A stretch of DNA of 64,000 nucleotides from Marsupella aquatica (GCA_973895155.1 OZ316891.1:18102095-18166094); one strand, 5' to 3'. Shown: positions 37,001 to 54,911, counted from the first letter of the stretch. Notes: a model not told the origin generated them from the sequence alone. Numbers and translations: made by a program.

Positions 37001-38260
37001 CTAGCTATCAAAGATACGGATGTAGCCTGTCACAGACTGTCTGCATACAGGGCAGAGGGCACCGCTCCCCTGCTCAATCCTTTGCGCACAACCCAGGCAG
37101 CACACTCGGTGGCCACAAAATATGAAAGCTGCCCTTCTCCTCCGTAGCAAGCACACAACACATAATTCGCCATCTGGTACGTCTGTGATATCCTCCAACT
37201 CCTGCTCCACCCAAATCCTGCCTTGCCTTCTCTCTTCATCCCTTCTGCGTCTCTCATGTTGTCTAGCTTTCCACTTGGTCCAGTTCTTGAGAAGTGAATA
37301 GCTCAAAATGACAGCTGTTACTGTGCTCACAGCAATGCCTGTCCACAATAGAACCTTTGTTCCAGTGGCCAGTTCTGTCAAAAGTTGTTCGCGAGTACCC
37401 TCTGATAGAAAGCATGGCAAATGCTTGCAGGCACGTATCACGGGATTGCCATCAGAAGAAGATGCACTAAGCATGCCAACAGCAGTAATCTCCTTGCAAA
37501 TTGGAAGAATTTTTTCCTCATCAAGTAGGCCAACCAGATAGCGTCTGCCAAACATTGCCTGGAGGAATGTATGTGAGGACGCTGGTACTGGATGAAATTC
37601 ACGGTGCACAGTCACAAGGGGAAGCGGTTGCCTCAGTTGATCATCCAACTCGATATGAACATATACATGTCTGGAGTCTAGATGAGAGCTGCTGCTTCTC
37701 CCAGCAGCAATGACAAACGGCACCTTCCGCCTTGAGATAGCAACCTGCTCCTTAAGAGAGCCCCAACCGAGGAGACCCTTCCACTTACAGCCCCACCCAA
37801 AAACCCCTCTCCACTCACTGTAAAAGCACGTTTGAGTCCTCTCCAAAAACACTCCTCTCTCGTTTCCATTTTGGGCCACCAACGCACCACGCTCTCCTTT
37901 ATTACCTGTCAATTGTACCCTTCCCCTCACGATCACCAATCTTGACTCCCGCTGAATGGCTACCGACTTTGTGGGGGATGGGGCTGCAGCAGCCCCAACG
38001 TGGTCCTCAGCACTAAAAATGGAAAATTGCTTAGAGTCTGATTTGTCATTTCTATCCTCCTCCTGCTGCACAAGGCTGCGCAGATCAGCAATTTTGGTGA
38101 CTTGGGTACCTTCCACCTGCTTGAGAGCTCTTGAATGGAAACGATATTTCAACCAAGTTCTCACGGCCAAGACTCCGATGCCCAGCCCTAGCACAACCCC
38201 ATCACCAGCTAAAGCTATCCTCGCCAGTGCTGCAAAGAGCTCCTCCTCGCGATGGGACAT
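37001..38260 (-). CDS. SPL2: Chloroplast outer-membrane RING E3 ubiquitin ligase SPL2 (SP1-like 2; GIDE domain plus C-terminal RING), intronless
   Basis: N-terminal TM (DGVVLGLGIGVLAV), RQPLPLVTV, VGLLDEEKILP, second TM, then RING CVVC...CGH..CC..C...CPVC. Confidence 0.92.
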   Translation of the reverse strand: MSHREEELFAALARIALAGDGVVLGLGIGVLAVRTWLKYRFHSRALKQVEGTQVTKIADLRSLVQQEEDRNDKSDSKQFSIFSAEDHVGAAAAPSPTKSVAIQRESRLVIVRGRVQLTGNKGERGALVAQNGNERGVFLERTQTCFYSEWRGVFGWGCKWKGLLGWGSLKEQVAISRRKVPFVIAAGRSSSSHLDSRHVYVHIELDDQLRQPLPLVTVHREFHPVPASSHTFLQAMFGRRYLVGLLDEEKILPICKEITAVGMLSASSSDGNPVIRACKHLPCFLSEGTREQLLTELATGTKVLLWTGIAVSTVTAVILSYSLLKNWTKWKARQHERRRRDEERRQGRIWVEQELEDITDVPDGELCVVCLLRRRRAAFIFCGHRVCCLGCAQRIEQGSGALCPVCRQSVTGYIRIFDS

Positions 38261-40217
38261 TTTTCCGCCTCCCCAAATTTCAATTCAAATCTCTTCCCTT
38301 CTCTGCCACTGTCACCGCAAGATCTACGTCAAATACGTAATGTCCTCGCTAACTTACTGCTGCTGTCAGCCTGGTCCCAACCTCACACTCCTCCAGAGCA
38401 AACTGCAAGGTCCAGCGCCATATTCGTTCGTCGGTCATAAGGGTGATTTGAGAAATCGCCATTCGCATTAAAACTGGGGCTCTCTCGTAAGATTCATAAA
38501 GCAAAGCAGCAAAAACTGAATAAAACCCAACTTTGCCAAAATCGCAAAACCTGCGAAGACCTTGTCGACTCCTTCACTTCAATTTAACCAATTCAAAATT
38601 CCATTCGGGGCCGATTTCTCCCTAGTCCATTCTCTCTTGAACGGCATCAGCACACCGAGGCCCTAGCTAACAGCCTCCCACCCATCTGTCGATGATAGTC
38701 CAAGACCCTCCTCCAAATGCTCCTCCATTTGGTCCGCCACAAATCAGGTCAGCCAGCATAAAGTCACCTCCCAAGAACGACGACAACAGCTAAGAAGTCC
38801 AGCATCAAGGCGAAATTCGGGGTGAGAGAAACCCTCGACAACCTGTCAGGGAAGCGAAGGGGAGAGCGGAGAGCAGAGTCTTGGCTACCACAAGTCCACA
38901 CCGCAAAGTGAGTCTATCGGCATCATCTTGATTGCTTCCTCCTCGTTATTCTCTACGATGGAAAAATTCAGCATTATTCGCCCTGTTTCCTCACCACTCA
39001 CTCCCACGGAAAGTACATCTCGCCCCAAACCACGCTCCGGGCCTCTCTTTCGAGCCCAAACTTGCATTACTGTACTGTCCTTGCTTGTGTTCTGGGTAAC
39101 CTATGAAGCGGGACAGCATCCCAAGTTCCCAACTGGATGTGAGTGTACAGTAGTAAAGTACTCTTAAATAAACTACTCGGTTAGATTTGGGACACCGTCG
39201 CAACTATGCTTTACGGGTGGTGAGTCGCATTGATTGCTGCCTCAACGACGGCTCCCATTCTGTAAGTAAGACCGGAGAAATCGTAGGTCCTGTGCTTGGA
39301 TGGAGACGAGACAGCAGTTTGCGACTAAGCTCTAGAGTGAGACTGGGCAGTACGGGAATTTAAAATATATATATATCCAGTACATGTGTACTTTAATTAA
39401 TAGAGTTGTATGTAAAAGAATGGGGTGAAGTGAACAATGATCATTCCTCGTTAAGCCCTAAAAACGGGCAACTGTAAACTCTCGAATAGACAGAGATTGA
39501 CTAACGCAACTCAGGTTGAGGTAGTCGGGCAGTGTTGTGAACTCTAATGCACAGACACAGATTAACTCAAGAAACTCTAGTTACTCAAAGTTGTACCATT
39601 TTAATTGTCTCATTAATTCTGCTCCAGCAAATCCGCCTGTGACTTAGATCAGAGCACATCCCAAAGCCCTTCTGGCCGTTCGGCCCATATTCGAATCCTG
39701 ACTATTTTGACTGAGAAAAACTTTCAACTCACCTTGGATCCGTGCCTAAATACAGTTGACTGACCCCATTTGGTCACATTAAGGACAACTCTAATGTGTC
39801 AACTATAAAGGGAAAAGGTGACCATGGTGAGAATTGGCGATAGGATCAAAACATAACTATATATATATGACGTGGATATCTTTTTGTATCATGATATCCA
39901 ATTAGCCTGAATGTGGTCCCCAGATAAGACTGTATCAGAGCCCTTACGCCCTTTACCAGACTGGACCCACACATTTAAAATTACAAGCTACTGTAGTATT
40001 TTGTCTTCCACGGACCATACTGGATCCATCCAACCGTGCTCCAGTCCTGGGCTGTGGTTGAGGATGAAGCGTCGAACATCCTTTGTGACAAGGTTGGATT
40101 CCCGGTCCGTTCCCAACACCTTATTGACAGGCGCCAAAACCGAACTAGACTGGAGTGGTGAAAGCTGCACCAACGAAGGAGTTTAAGCGCAACTGTATTG
40201 CCAAGAAATGCTGCGAT

Positions 40218-40343
40218 GAACCTCAATGGGCGGGGAGCGGCAAAGTGGAGCTCATTCTCCACAAAGTGATCCGCATTCCCGAACCTCAATGGGCGGGGAG
40301 CGGCAAAGTGGAGTTCATTCTCCACAAAGTGATCCGCATTCCC
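40218..40343. repeat. 63-bp tandem duplication (1 mismatch)
   Basis: Copies at 40218-40280 and 40281-40343. Confidence 0.95.
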
Positions 40344-41426
40344 AAAGCAGCTCCTTAGAATCATCTCAAATACACAGATCCAAGTGGAAGGGGATTCAAT
40401 GGGGTCCAAGGAATCTGATGGCCGTATACTCCAGGACAATCTCGTCAACGAAGCTGTGTATCCATCAACGCCACTTGTTTCAGATACCTCGCCGACAGTC
40501 CTGAAACCTACCAGGTTCGTATTGCACAGGTTTTGGACACCATCAGAAAGTTCTTAAAAAGGAAAAGATACAAGTGACCGGTGAGCCAACTGGGTTTCAG
40601 TTCCGGAGATCGGAATTGTGTGGTCAAAATAGTACGAAAATTATTATCTCTCGTTATAAAGTTATTCTGACAATTCGAAGATTCTGATATCACGTTATGC
40701 AAAGTATCGTACAGCGCCTGAAAAGAGGAAATGGAAGCGTCCAGATTCATGGATACAAGAGATGTTCTTCCCGGGTCCCCTAATAGATTAATTTGAGGCC
40801 ACACAAGCTTTTATGAGGAGTGTGACGGGTGGCGGCGAATATCCCGAGTCAACTTGAATGAAAAGAACCATCGCAACATGTAAGCTGAATTGGTGTAACC
40901 AACACAATCATTAAATTCGCTAAACGATGGCTGTGCTGCTATTCATACAACGAATTGAGACCGTTCAAACCAGGCTGAACTTCTCATCCACACCTGACTT
41001 TCTTCAAATTAAACCCATCCTGGCGATGTTGGCACAGGACACGACAGTTATGTACAACAGACCGGCAATGCTCAAGCAATGGCCGTCTTGGCTATGGCTA
41101 GTTTGAACACTGCCATGCCACGAAAATTCACTTATGGTACCTCCCAGACGTGTACTGCATGCGCTGCCTAAGATCCAGAGACATAACTAGCAGAGAACAC
41201 AGGAAAGCTCGAGCTTCCATTTTGGTCACATCACTAGCTGCGAACTCGGAAGGCTCGAGGTTCCATTTGCTCGCTAAAACGGAGTGTGCTTTCAAGAAGT
41301 ACCTGTCCCTTCAATGCAAGTCCAGGTAGCCCGCAAGGGTCCCGTTAAAGACGGATTCTTACAAATCGCCAGTGTCTTATTCCACCTCAACAGAACAGGT
41401 CAATGCAGCGTCACACCAGGGCCATC

Positions 41427-43428
41427 TCAAGGCTTTTTGTAATAGGTAGTGGGCACAAAGGGCATCTTGGTGATGACAGCATCATTTGCCTTCCCTCGCA
41501 CAGCAACTTTCACATTTGTACCGGACTTGTGGTTGCCGGTTTCAACATAACCCATAGCAATGTTCTTCTTCAAGCAAGGGCTGAAGCCACCACTGGAAAC
41601 CTCGCCAATGACTTTGCCATCCGCATTCAAGATATCTGTATGGCTCCTAGCCGGAGCACCAGGCCCAATAGAGAGACCTACCCTGCGCTTTGTAGGCCCA
41701 TCTTTCAGTTGCTTCAAGATTACTTCTGCTCCTGGAAAATTTCCTTCAGTCCTTCGCCTCTTACCAATGGTCCAAGCAAGGCCAGCTTCAATTGGAGTAA
41801 TGTGCTGCTCTAGGTCATTTCCATACAGGCACAACCCAGCCTCAAGCCGCAAACTGTCTCGGGGTCCAAGTCCACAGAGACGGATACCTCCTTCGCTCTT
41901 CTCCAAGAAAGCCTTAGCCAAAGCTAGCGCATCCTCGTTTGGAACAGAGATCTCGAAGCCATCTTCTCCAGTGTACCTGCATTAAATATAGAAAACGAAG
42001 TAAACATCACTGAACGGTTCTTCCACCTGGAACCAATGTGTGAGGCCAGGGGTAACAGACAACTATTCTCTCTAAGGCAATTGAAATAGTAAAAAATTCA
42101 ACCACTCATATTGTTCCATCGTCACTCTCATCGGTCTCGAACAGGAGCCACAGACCAGAAGGCTGTTAAAGACATTCCAGAATCTTTCCTGGACTTTGTA
42201 AATTGGCTCCAAAGTCATCAACTGACGACGTCTTTGCCTCTCTATCGACTTACATCTGTGTCGTTCAATGGTCCTTGTCAAATGAACAACATGATTGAAT
42301 ATTGATTCTAGTTATTCGCAAAGTTGAAGAAATTCGTAGTTTTGGATTACAAAGCGCACATCGCCACCTCTCCAGATCCATTGCTCGGCACCAAGTACAC
42401 ATTTTGCCAGTCCCCTCGTCCACTCTTGTTGAAGCTATGTAAGCTAATGGATAAATACAATTGAATTCTTAACCCAGCTCTCCCACTGCAATTCTTCCCT
42501 CTTTTCCAGTCCAGTTCATGACATTTTGGAGCCAAACGGTTCTTATCTGTCACTTACCCGTAATTGCAAAATTATTCTTGTACTGCTTGTATTGGAAGAG
42601 AATCTGATACCCAGCAATCGAAAGACTTTCTCCATATGTACCTACTCATCCAAGAGGACTGTCCGGGCATACGCCACACAAACAAATACCGAGATCAAAA
42701 CCTGTCTCTAAAAACTGATTCAGTAATTCAGGTGCTTACCCGGTCCTGGTGACGTAAGTTTCCGACCCATTGACGTCGAGGAACTTGAAGTCGCCAAAGT
42801 AGATTTGGCTGACATCCGCCTTAGTGAGCTTCTGAAGAGTGGGGGCAGCAAGGGGGCCCTGAACAGCCAGCAGAGCTCTCTCGTCATGAATGTGCCATCC
42901 GACATCTTTGCCCGAACTCTGGAAGGGTTTAAGGTACTTCTCCATGTGCTCCAAATCCTTGTCTCGGCAACCCGCATTGACCACCATGTAGATATGCTCG
43001 TCCGTCACCTTCGTAATCACCGTGTCATCAATCACTCCCCCTTTCTCATTCGTGAAGACGGACAGAGTTCCAGTTCCGGGAGTCAATCCTGCAATGTCCG
43101 CCACGACCAGCGATTCCAAGTAAGGAATGGCATCCTTCCCTTTCAAGCTCAGGCCACACATGTGGGACACGTCAAAGAGAGACCCGTGGGACCTGCAATT
43201 CACCGTGGAATCCATGATGCTGTCCTTGTACTGAATGGGCATGCTCCACCCTGCAAAGGGCACCATCTTGCCTCCATGCTCCACGTGAAAGTCATACAAC
43301 GGCGTCTTCTTCAGGGTGGCTGCGTCTGCGTACCCCCTTCTTTGCACTCTGGGTCCTGCTCCGGCTCCGGCTCCGGCTCTCTCCTTCAGACAAGCAGCTG
43401 CCAATTGCCATATCGCCCTCCTACTCAT
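41427..43428 (-). CDS. GDCST: Mitochondrial glycine cleavage system T-protein (aminomethyltransferase), 2 exons: 43428-42740, 41976-41427
   Basis: Arg-rich presequence; [30 protein letters not shown]|YTGEDGFE across a GT-AG intron, [14 protein letters not shown] and a [11 protein letters not shown] end. Confidence 0.97.
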
Positions 43429-44049
43429 CTTGCCTGCTTCTTTCTCTCGCCCCTACCAGCCCACCAAAGAAAGAAGCAATCGTTCAATCAATCAAGACGT
43501 CCAATTCGTGCAATGCCGCTACTCAGCTCACGCTGTGCTGCACAGCAAGGCAACCCAATCGATGCAACTCTGCCAGCAGACCCACCACTGTCGACTGAAA
43601 TGGAGAGGCGAGCAGACTCCGCCCAAGACCCAAAGTGCCCGAGTCGATTGAATCAATGAATCACCAATGCAGGTGACGAAAACAATCCCTCCGCCCACAC
43701 CAAACAGTGCAAGCCCGACTACGAACCTCGGCTATGGCCCCAGGAAAGGCATGCGAGAGGGCATTTCCAATCAGCAAGGCCTGAGAGGTCGTGAAGGGAG
43801 GGGCTCTGTGGGTTGCAGCAAGATAGGAACCAGATAGGAGTGAGAGAGAGGTCGTGGATGGGAGGGTCACGGTGTGAGCTGGGACTGTGTGGGTCGCAGC
43901 AAGATAGACTGATAGAGTTGATAGAGTAGGATCGAGGTGAGAGATTGAGAGATTGAGAGATTTGAGAGATTGGTGGTGGATGGAAGATTGGAAGGGTCAG
44001 GCTTTGAGTTCGGACTCCAGCAAGATAGAATGATGAGTACAGGCGTCTC

Positions 44050-44620
44050 TCTATAAGTGCACACTTCAAGGAAGACGTAGATAATGATAGACTACAGTTT
44101 TCTCTAAGTGCACACACTCCGAGGAATAAAATAAAAATGGAGTACAATAGTCTCTCTCTAAATGCACACGCCCAGAAAAGATAGAATGATAGAGGACGTT
44201 TGTCGCCTTCTAAATATCCACTCCAAGAAGACTATATAATAATGATTGAGTAAAGTTTTCTATCTTTAAGTGCACACTCCCAGGAAGAAGCATCTGGTGT
44301 GCACTTGACTCTGTCCATGGGGTTCTGGGTGAGCAAAATAGACACCTTTCTACTTTCTTAAGAACATTATTGACTGCTTTTGGTAACCTGGATCCACCAG
44401 GTTTTGGTCTGGGGGACTGTGGCGATTTAACACAGGCTTGCACTGTGATAAGTGCAGAAACATGGAAGTTTTTATGTGTCTCACTCTAAGTGCACACTCT
44501 TGGAAAGAAGCATCCAATTTGTGTTTGATGCAGGTTTGTGCTAAGTGATAAGTGCACACTCACTAGAATAGCATCCGGTGTGCAATTAACCGGGGTTTGC
44601 ACTATGTGATAAGTGCAAAA
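44050..44620. repeat. Degenerate tandem repeat (AAGTGCACACT...AAGCATC units)
   Basis: TAAGTGCAC motif recurs at least 7 times at irregular spacing. Confidence 0.6.
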
Positions 44621-45828
44621 ATGTGGAATTGTACATTTATTGATAAGAGTATATGGTTTGAGTCTATGCGTTAAATGTGCATTCTCTTGACTCCCAACCC
44701 TCAATTGTACACCCCTGCCTTAAGTTAGACACCCCTATCCAAGTTTACTCTACAGAAAAATGCCATGTACCAGAACAGTAAGTGTAACTCGCTGGAATTG
44801 TGCGTTTACAGATAAGTGTTCATGTACACATATCAAGGGGTAGCACTTACTTTGTTGTTGTTTAGCAGAATGTATTTGGCCTGTTTTTAACCTCCAAAAA
44901 GAGCAACAATGGGACACCTTGCAGTTATCTAGCGTCTGTACACATGGAATGTGCACTTAAAGAGAGACTACTCTACCAGTGTGGTGGGTTATCTTGCCTG
45001 AGCTAAGAGAGAATAATGAATGATAGTGTTATCCTGCATGAGCTGAGAGAAAGAATAATGAATGATAGCCGTGACGCAGAGAGGGGCAGGCCTTTGCTGG
45101 ACATAGCCGAGGGATAGAATGAATGATGGGAATGAATGAGAGGAATGACAAAGGGAGGCGCAGGGGAGGGCAGGGGACATCCCATGGAAGAGATAAAGAG
45201 AGCAAGGGACGAGGGGTTGAAGCCACACGGTTCGGTTGGGATTTGAGCAAGTGGCCAGGTCAGGTCAGGGCAAGGTGTGGCTTGAACCACTACCGTACAG
45301 TAGCCCTATCTACTTTTTTTATATTGTTGGCAGGTGGCACTTACGGTGGGTTACATTGTTGGGGGGTGGGGTGGGGTGGGGGGGGGGGGGGTCCGGGCAA
45401 GTTTTTTCTTTATATTTTGGGCAGGTGGCACTTATGGTGGGTTGCTAAGCCTCTGAGTGTCAAATGGTTTGTATGGACATGTTATCATAGTTAGATATAT
45501 GTACGGTCAGATTTGGACCATTGATTTTTGGCAAATGATTTCCAAAATAGATTCAAAGTCTTTAGGATCATCCTTAATAAGTCAGTTCACCTTGGTTACA
45601 AATCTGCAAAATGTCCACATAAGGGGACACACTAAGGGGGAAGTAAGGGTGATTTTTAAATCTTTTTTAATTGGTTGTGGTAACAAATGTTATCTTGCTG
45701 GAAGGATTGGAAAGTACTGCCCCGGGTGGAGTGGCAGTAAGGCCATTTTTGTAAGTCATTTGTTAATTGGCTATTGTGACAAATGTTATCTCTTGAGAAG
45801 GATGGAAAGTAATACCCGGCAGAAAGTT

Positions 45829-45901
45829 TTTAATTTCTCCCACAAGATACCATTATTTAATTGGCTATGGTGACAAATGGTATCTTGTGGGAGAAATTAA
45901 A
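45829..45901. repeat. Perfect 26-bp inverted repeat with 21-nt loop
   Basis: TTTAATTTCTCCCACAAGATACCATT (45829-45854) and AATGGTATCTTGTGGGAGAAATTAAA (45876-45901). Confidence 0.95.
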
Positions 45902-48900
45902 GCCTCGTGAACCTAAATGTTTGACAAAATACCTTGACGGACTAGCACAACCCAGATCAACTGCAGATAAACCTTGTTTGTACTCAGATAGCACTTTCCT
46001 TTGTACTTTTCCAGTCAAGAGTGACCTAGTGCATCTGGGCTGCAAGGTTTATTCGAGGAGTCCATCTGAGCATTAATTTCCTTGTGGGAAAAGGATGGCA
46101 TGTAATGCCAGGATGGACTGCCAAGGTGTCACAACAACTACTATGGACTCTTAGAGTAGATGCATGTACTGAGATCCCATTTTTAAGGCTCAACTGGCTA
46201 AGTATGGGCTAAAAAAGTAATTATTGTAATTGATGAGGTTTAACAGCTTAAGGGGTCAATGACAGCAATCCCCAAGACTTACTTAAACTGGGCGCCGCAC
46301 CTAGACCACACCACTTGCATTTTGCGCAACACTGTGAGTATTTTTGTTTGGGCACCCACCACAATGTTTTAGTGGATGCTACTACTGTTTCAGATGGCCG
46401 CTAGGAGTAGTTCTTTGCAAACTTGTCCATTTATTTGGAGAAATTTTGGATCTCTATTTAAGATCAAGTTTTTCTAGCATTGCTACCTACCCTGGGGACC
46501 TACTTACTCAACAATTTTGAAGGAAATTGTTGTCCCAAAACACTCTGATGGCCCTCATCAAACCAATCAGATGAAAGAGATTGAAGGGAAACAAAAAAAA
46601 GAGTTAGAATAGGGGGACCAATCAAAGAAAGACAATGGATGGGAGGTCCAGGCGGGAAAGGAGGGGGAACAAAATCTTGGTTGCAAGTTTCCGTTTAGTT
46701 GAACCACTCATTAGCTCCCACTTTTGTTCAATTTTGCTGAGATTTAGTTTAAGGTTAGCCACTAATTTTTGAATTTGGTATGTTCATTGACTCGACCAAT
46801 TAAAGCCTACAGTAGTAGTAAGGCACGATGGCAGGGAGTTTTTTCCATGAAGTGCATAGAGAATCCAACGAGGGGGCCAGGCAATGGAAATACAAAGGCA
46901 AGCACCATTCTTTCAATGTTCATGCCCATGTTCACATTGTTATACGGTTTGGGAGGGGATATCTATGAAATTTTTTACTATTTTGGGCACTTTGTCGGTA
47001 TTGCCAAAGCATCATCCCAGCCCCTAAAATTCAATATCAAATGATTCGGCCGCCCCCAAATCCCAATAGTTGGTGATTTCTTTTGTACATTTTGTGACAG
47101 GTTGAACTGGCAAATGCCTCAAGGGTCTGCAAGGGAAAATATGTGGGACATGTCTAATATTATTAAAATTATGGAAAGCCTTAAATCTTAAATTCTTGAT
47201 CTTAACTACCACCATTGCATCTTCAAAGATCTGGCAAATCCAACTGCAGCTAAAGTCAATTTTGCTTAATATTGGTTCCCCTTATTCTTCTTTGTACAAG
47301 TTCGCCTGGAGTTAGAGAATAGAAGATTTTGGCAGTATTTAGCCAATAATTAGGTGACCATTGCCAACAAGCATTACTACCCTGGTACCATCCTGGCTTA
47401 TGCAATAAGTAAATAACTATTAAGATTGTGTATCTGGCTAAAAACTATTTCAGAGTACTTATGAAACCTCAAAATAATTTGTGATGCAAATTTAAGAATG
47501 TTATCATGAGCATTTTGATGTAAGCAAAAATGTTTTAGTTATGCATTATTTCTCAAGTTAAAAAGTAAGAGAAACAAGAGAACATGTTTAAGATTCCTTA
47601 CAAACATTAAAGCCTACACTAGTAGGGTACTTACTAATCTTTTTAACTAAGTAGTGTATTACATGATGGATTACGCTATAATTTGCATTACTTCATCGTA
47701 AATGGTCATTTCAAATTACAGCATAATGACATAAATAATAGTTGCTAGATTTCATTTGTTTACTTTGAAAAGAATGTCAACATGGATATGCATGAAAATG
47801 CTTAGAAAATGCATTTTAAAACTTGCAAGCATACCTAAACTTTTGTACCAAATAAGGACCAACTTTTCGGCAATTATATATGCATTGCGGAAACCTGATG
47901 GTTGCTACAGACTTGGAGGGCAAAGGGGTGCACCCGAGAACTCTGGCGAGGACCAAGTGGGTGAGCCATCTGGTTCAAAAGAAACTTCATAAACTTGCCT
48001 GAAGGGAGGCTTCATCCTGAGACCTTCTCAGTGAAAACTAGCATTTGCACTAGTGAGCTACCCCCTGCAGCTATAAACTCAGAGCAAAACTCATTAATTA
48101 ACTTCTTTTTCACACAAAAACTGGTGAGGCCCTGGGTGCCTTGCTGCAACCCACAGAGTCCCAATTCTCTGTATTACTGGTTAAATATGTTTGTTACCTA
48201 GACATTGCACTATACATTAGCACCTGACTTCTGATATGTTTTGATTCTAAATACTTCCTACCGTAAAGACTTTTTCAAAGATTTTCCTGAGAACAAAGTC
48301 TTGATGAGTTTCAAGTCCGTGTGTGCAAGACTGGATTTGAATCTTCCATTGTGTCTCCTTGAAGGCTATGGGCCATAACCCCATCGCAACTTGGCTGGGA
48401 AATTCCCTATTTTAAATGTGTTATGGCGGTAAATCAGGACTGTGGCTCCTCCCAAGCTAATTTTTCCAATAATCACTCGTTGGGTTTAGGTTCAATAACC
48501 CATTGCTTGAGCTAGTAGCCTGTAGACCCATACAGGCATGGGTTATTCTACACTTAAACGGTAGACCTGCCTGCAGGCTTTCCCAGTCACTTTCCATGAT
48601 CACACTGTCATACTCTAAAAACACTTGTAGGTGTTTTCATTAAAAATATAAACTATTCTAAATGTAATTTTGCGGGAATCCACATTTTGAGCCAAGGATC
48701 ACCCCCTATGGTGAGCTGATGTGAGCTTGTCCTCAAAAATTCCCTAAAATACATTATGGTCTTTCATACAGACAATTGTATGATATGTGAAATGAGTACT
48801 ACCGAGTACCCAGAGAAGTTTATACAAGAATATTGAAGAACAACACCACTTTTGTAAATCTAACACAACTTCACATACTCGGTTATGAGAGTAGTGAACC

Positions 48901-49898
48901 CTAGCCTGGTGACTCACCTGTAACCTTTGAACAAGTTTTCGGTTCAACTGACAACAACTGTTGCAGCAAAAACGAGATGCACGGTTGGAATCACCATCCA
49001 CACTCTGAGGCTAAAAGGAACGGGATTTTGCTCAAAAATGTCAAGAAAGACTGGAATTTAAGCCAATGAGGAATGATTTTCCTAGCAAGGCAAATCCATC
49101 AGATTGCTAGCAAGTCACAGCCATCCCCAACATCAACATGAATTGGGACCCCTTCATCAGCAATCTTGCATTTCTAGTGCATTGGTAGGACTCCAGATGA
49201 TCACTGAGTTTGATTGCCAACAACAAAAGTCCAAACAATTGGGTTATCTGAGAGAAAATGGACACTGAAATGAGGGTATTGTAAGCCAGGTTTTTGCAAA
49301 CAAGGGATTAAATTGCTAGTAAAGTGTTGGATATTTGAAGCCTTCCTAGTGAGAAAAAAGTCCAATGTTATTATCCTCGCAACTCATGGTACTGATACTT
49401 GGGATTGGGTATCTTTAGTGTGGGCAAGAGTGTCAGTCTTTTTTATCAGATGTCCCGGAAGGGTGTCAGTCTTTGACCCTAACAAAGCTTAATTGAGTGA
49501 TAGGGGCCCAAAAATGGCCTAGTACAGATTGTCGGCCACCATATTGTAGAAAGTATCTGAAAAATTCACTCTACACCATATGGTTCAGCCTTTGCATGAC
49601 CATTATTTTTGAACCAAATACCGTACTCTCCAGCCTGTTCTGACGCCTAGGTTTGAATGGGCATATTGTAAAAACTTATTTGATAACTCATGTTCACCAT
49701 TTTGTTCACCATGTTGTGAACACCCCTAGGTTTGGATGACCATATTTTAGACACTTGAGTGAAACCTGTGAAGCATATTGTGATTTACTGACTACCTAGG
49801 CTTGGTCACGGGCCTGGTTCTTTTGCTTTAGAGATTTAGTCACGGGCCTAGTACTTTTGTTGTAGGTTGTACCCTGGACAGCCTACAACCTACGGCAC

Positions 49899-50110
49899 GT
49901 GATTCTGGCTTCCATTCTGTACCATGGATTTTCTGTGCCGTCGAAGCTCATGTCCCTCAGTGCTGATGGTGCAAAGGTTTTCCAGGGGTCGAGGAAGGGG
50001 GTTCCAAAACAGTTCACCAACAAACAGTCTGAACCCTACATGTGGGGCATGCATTGTACTAAATTTGCACTGGAGACTATTTCCTCTTTGCCACTTACCA
50101 AAAGCTCTCC
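49899..50110 (+). pseudogene. hAT-type (ZNF862-like) transposase remnant
   Basis: KLMSLSADGAKVFQGSRKGV...PYMWGMHC matches the hAT DGA.V..G...GV...GxHC segment. Flanks are not open. Confidence 0.6.
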
Positions 50111-50802
50111 AAACCGAGGATAGCCAACGATCCATCTGTCACCTCAAAATAACTCAGTACCAGCAAAATTCAAATCGATCAATCCGCATGCTTATTTCCC
50201 AAAGTAACAGGCACTGTCATCGACATACATACATCTCAAACTTCCACAATTCTCATGATTTCGCTCAGAAATGCATGAATCTTTATATTGATCAATACAG
50301 AGCCAATAGAGCTACTGGCATTACTGAAATATACACCGGTCAGTGTTCTTCCGTCGATTCTCGGTGCAAATGAAACGAATCAACATTCGCTTTGACGACA
50401 GAGGGCTCTCAGACATAAAAACCACGGTCAACCGTTCTCGTGAGACTATGGTGGGTCCTGAATGGATAGCTTTTAGTGGTATTTGTTCGTCTGTCGGGGG
50501 ATGGGTGGGGGCGGGGGTGATGGTTGCGGCAAGAACCATACGCACGGATGAACTGGATCTCACAGATATTCTATCGGAGTGAAACCTCCAAAATAGTGCT
50601 AGGGCTAGAGCCATACAAATACTTGTCTGGCGAGTTTGGAGGTTACCTAAAATGAAAAACATCCGGATGAACTACTTCAATCTCTAGGTCGCACTACACA
50701 ACGAAACCTCGAACTGACACAGCAAACATGCTATGTCGAAGGAAATTCACTGGAGATCCGGATGCACAGGAGGAGCTCGATACCATGAGTCAAACATATG
50801 CC

Positions 50803-54911
<4,109 letters not shown>

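Noticed and set aside
7192-38260. OEP7 and SPL2 (both chloroplast outer envelope) as a functional cluster
   Set aside because: They are 30 kb apart with unrelated loci between them. Nothing indicates co-regulation.
42805-43659. 284-aa ORF antisense to GDCST exon 1
   Set aside because: Shadow ORF caused by codon bias on the opposite strand; no domain.
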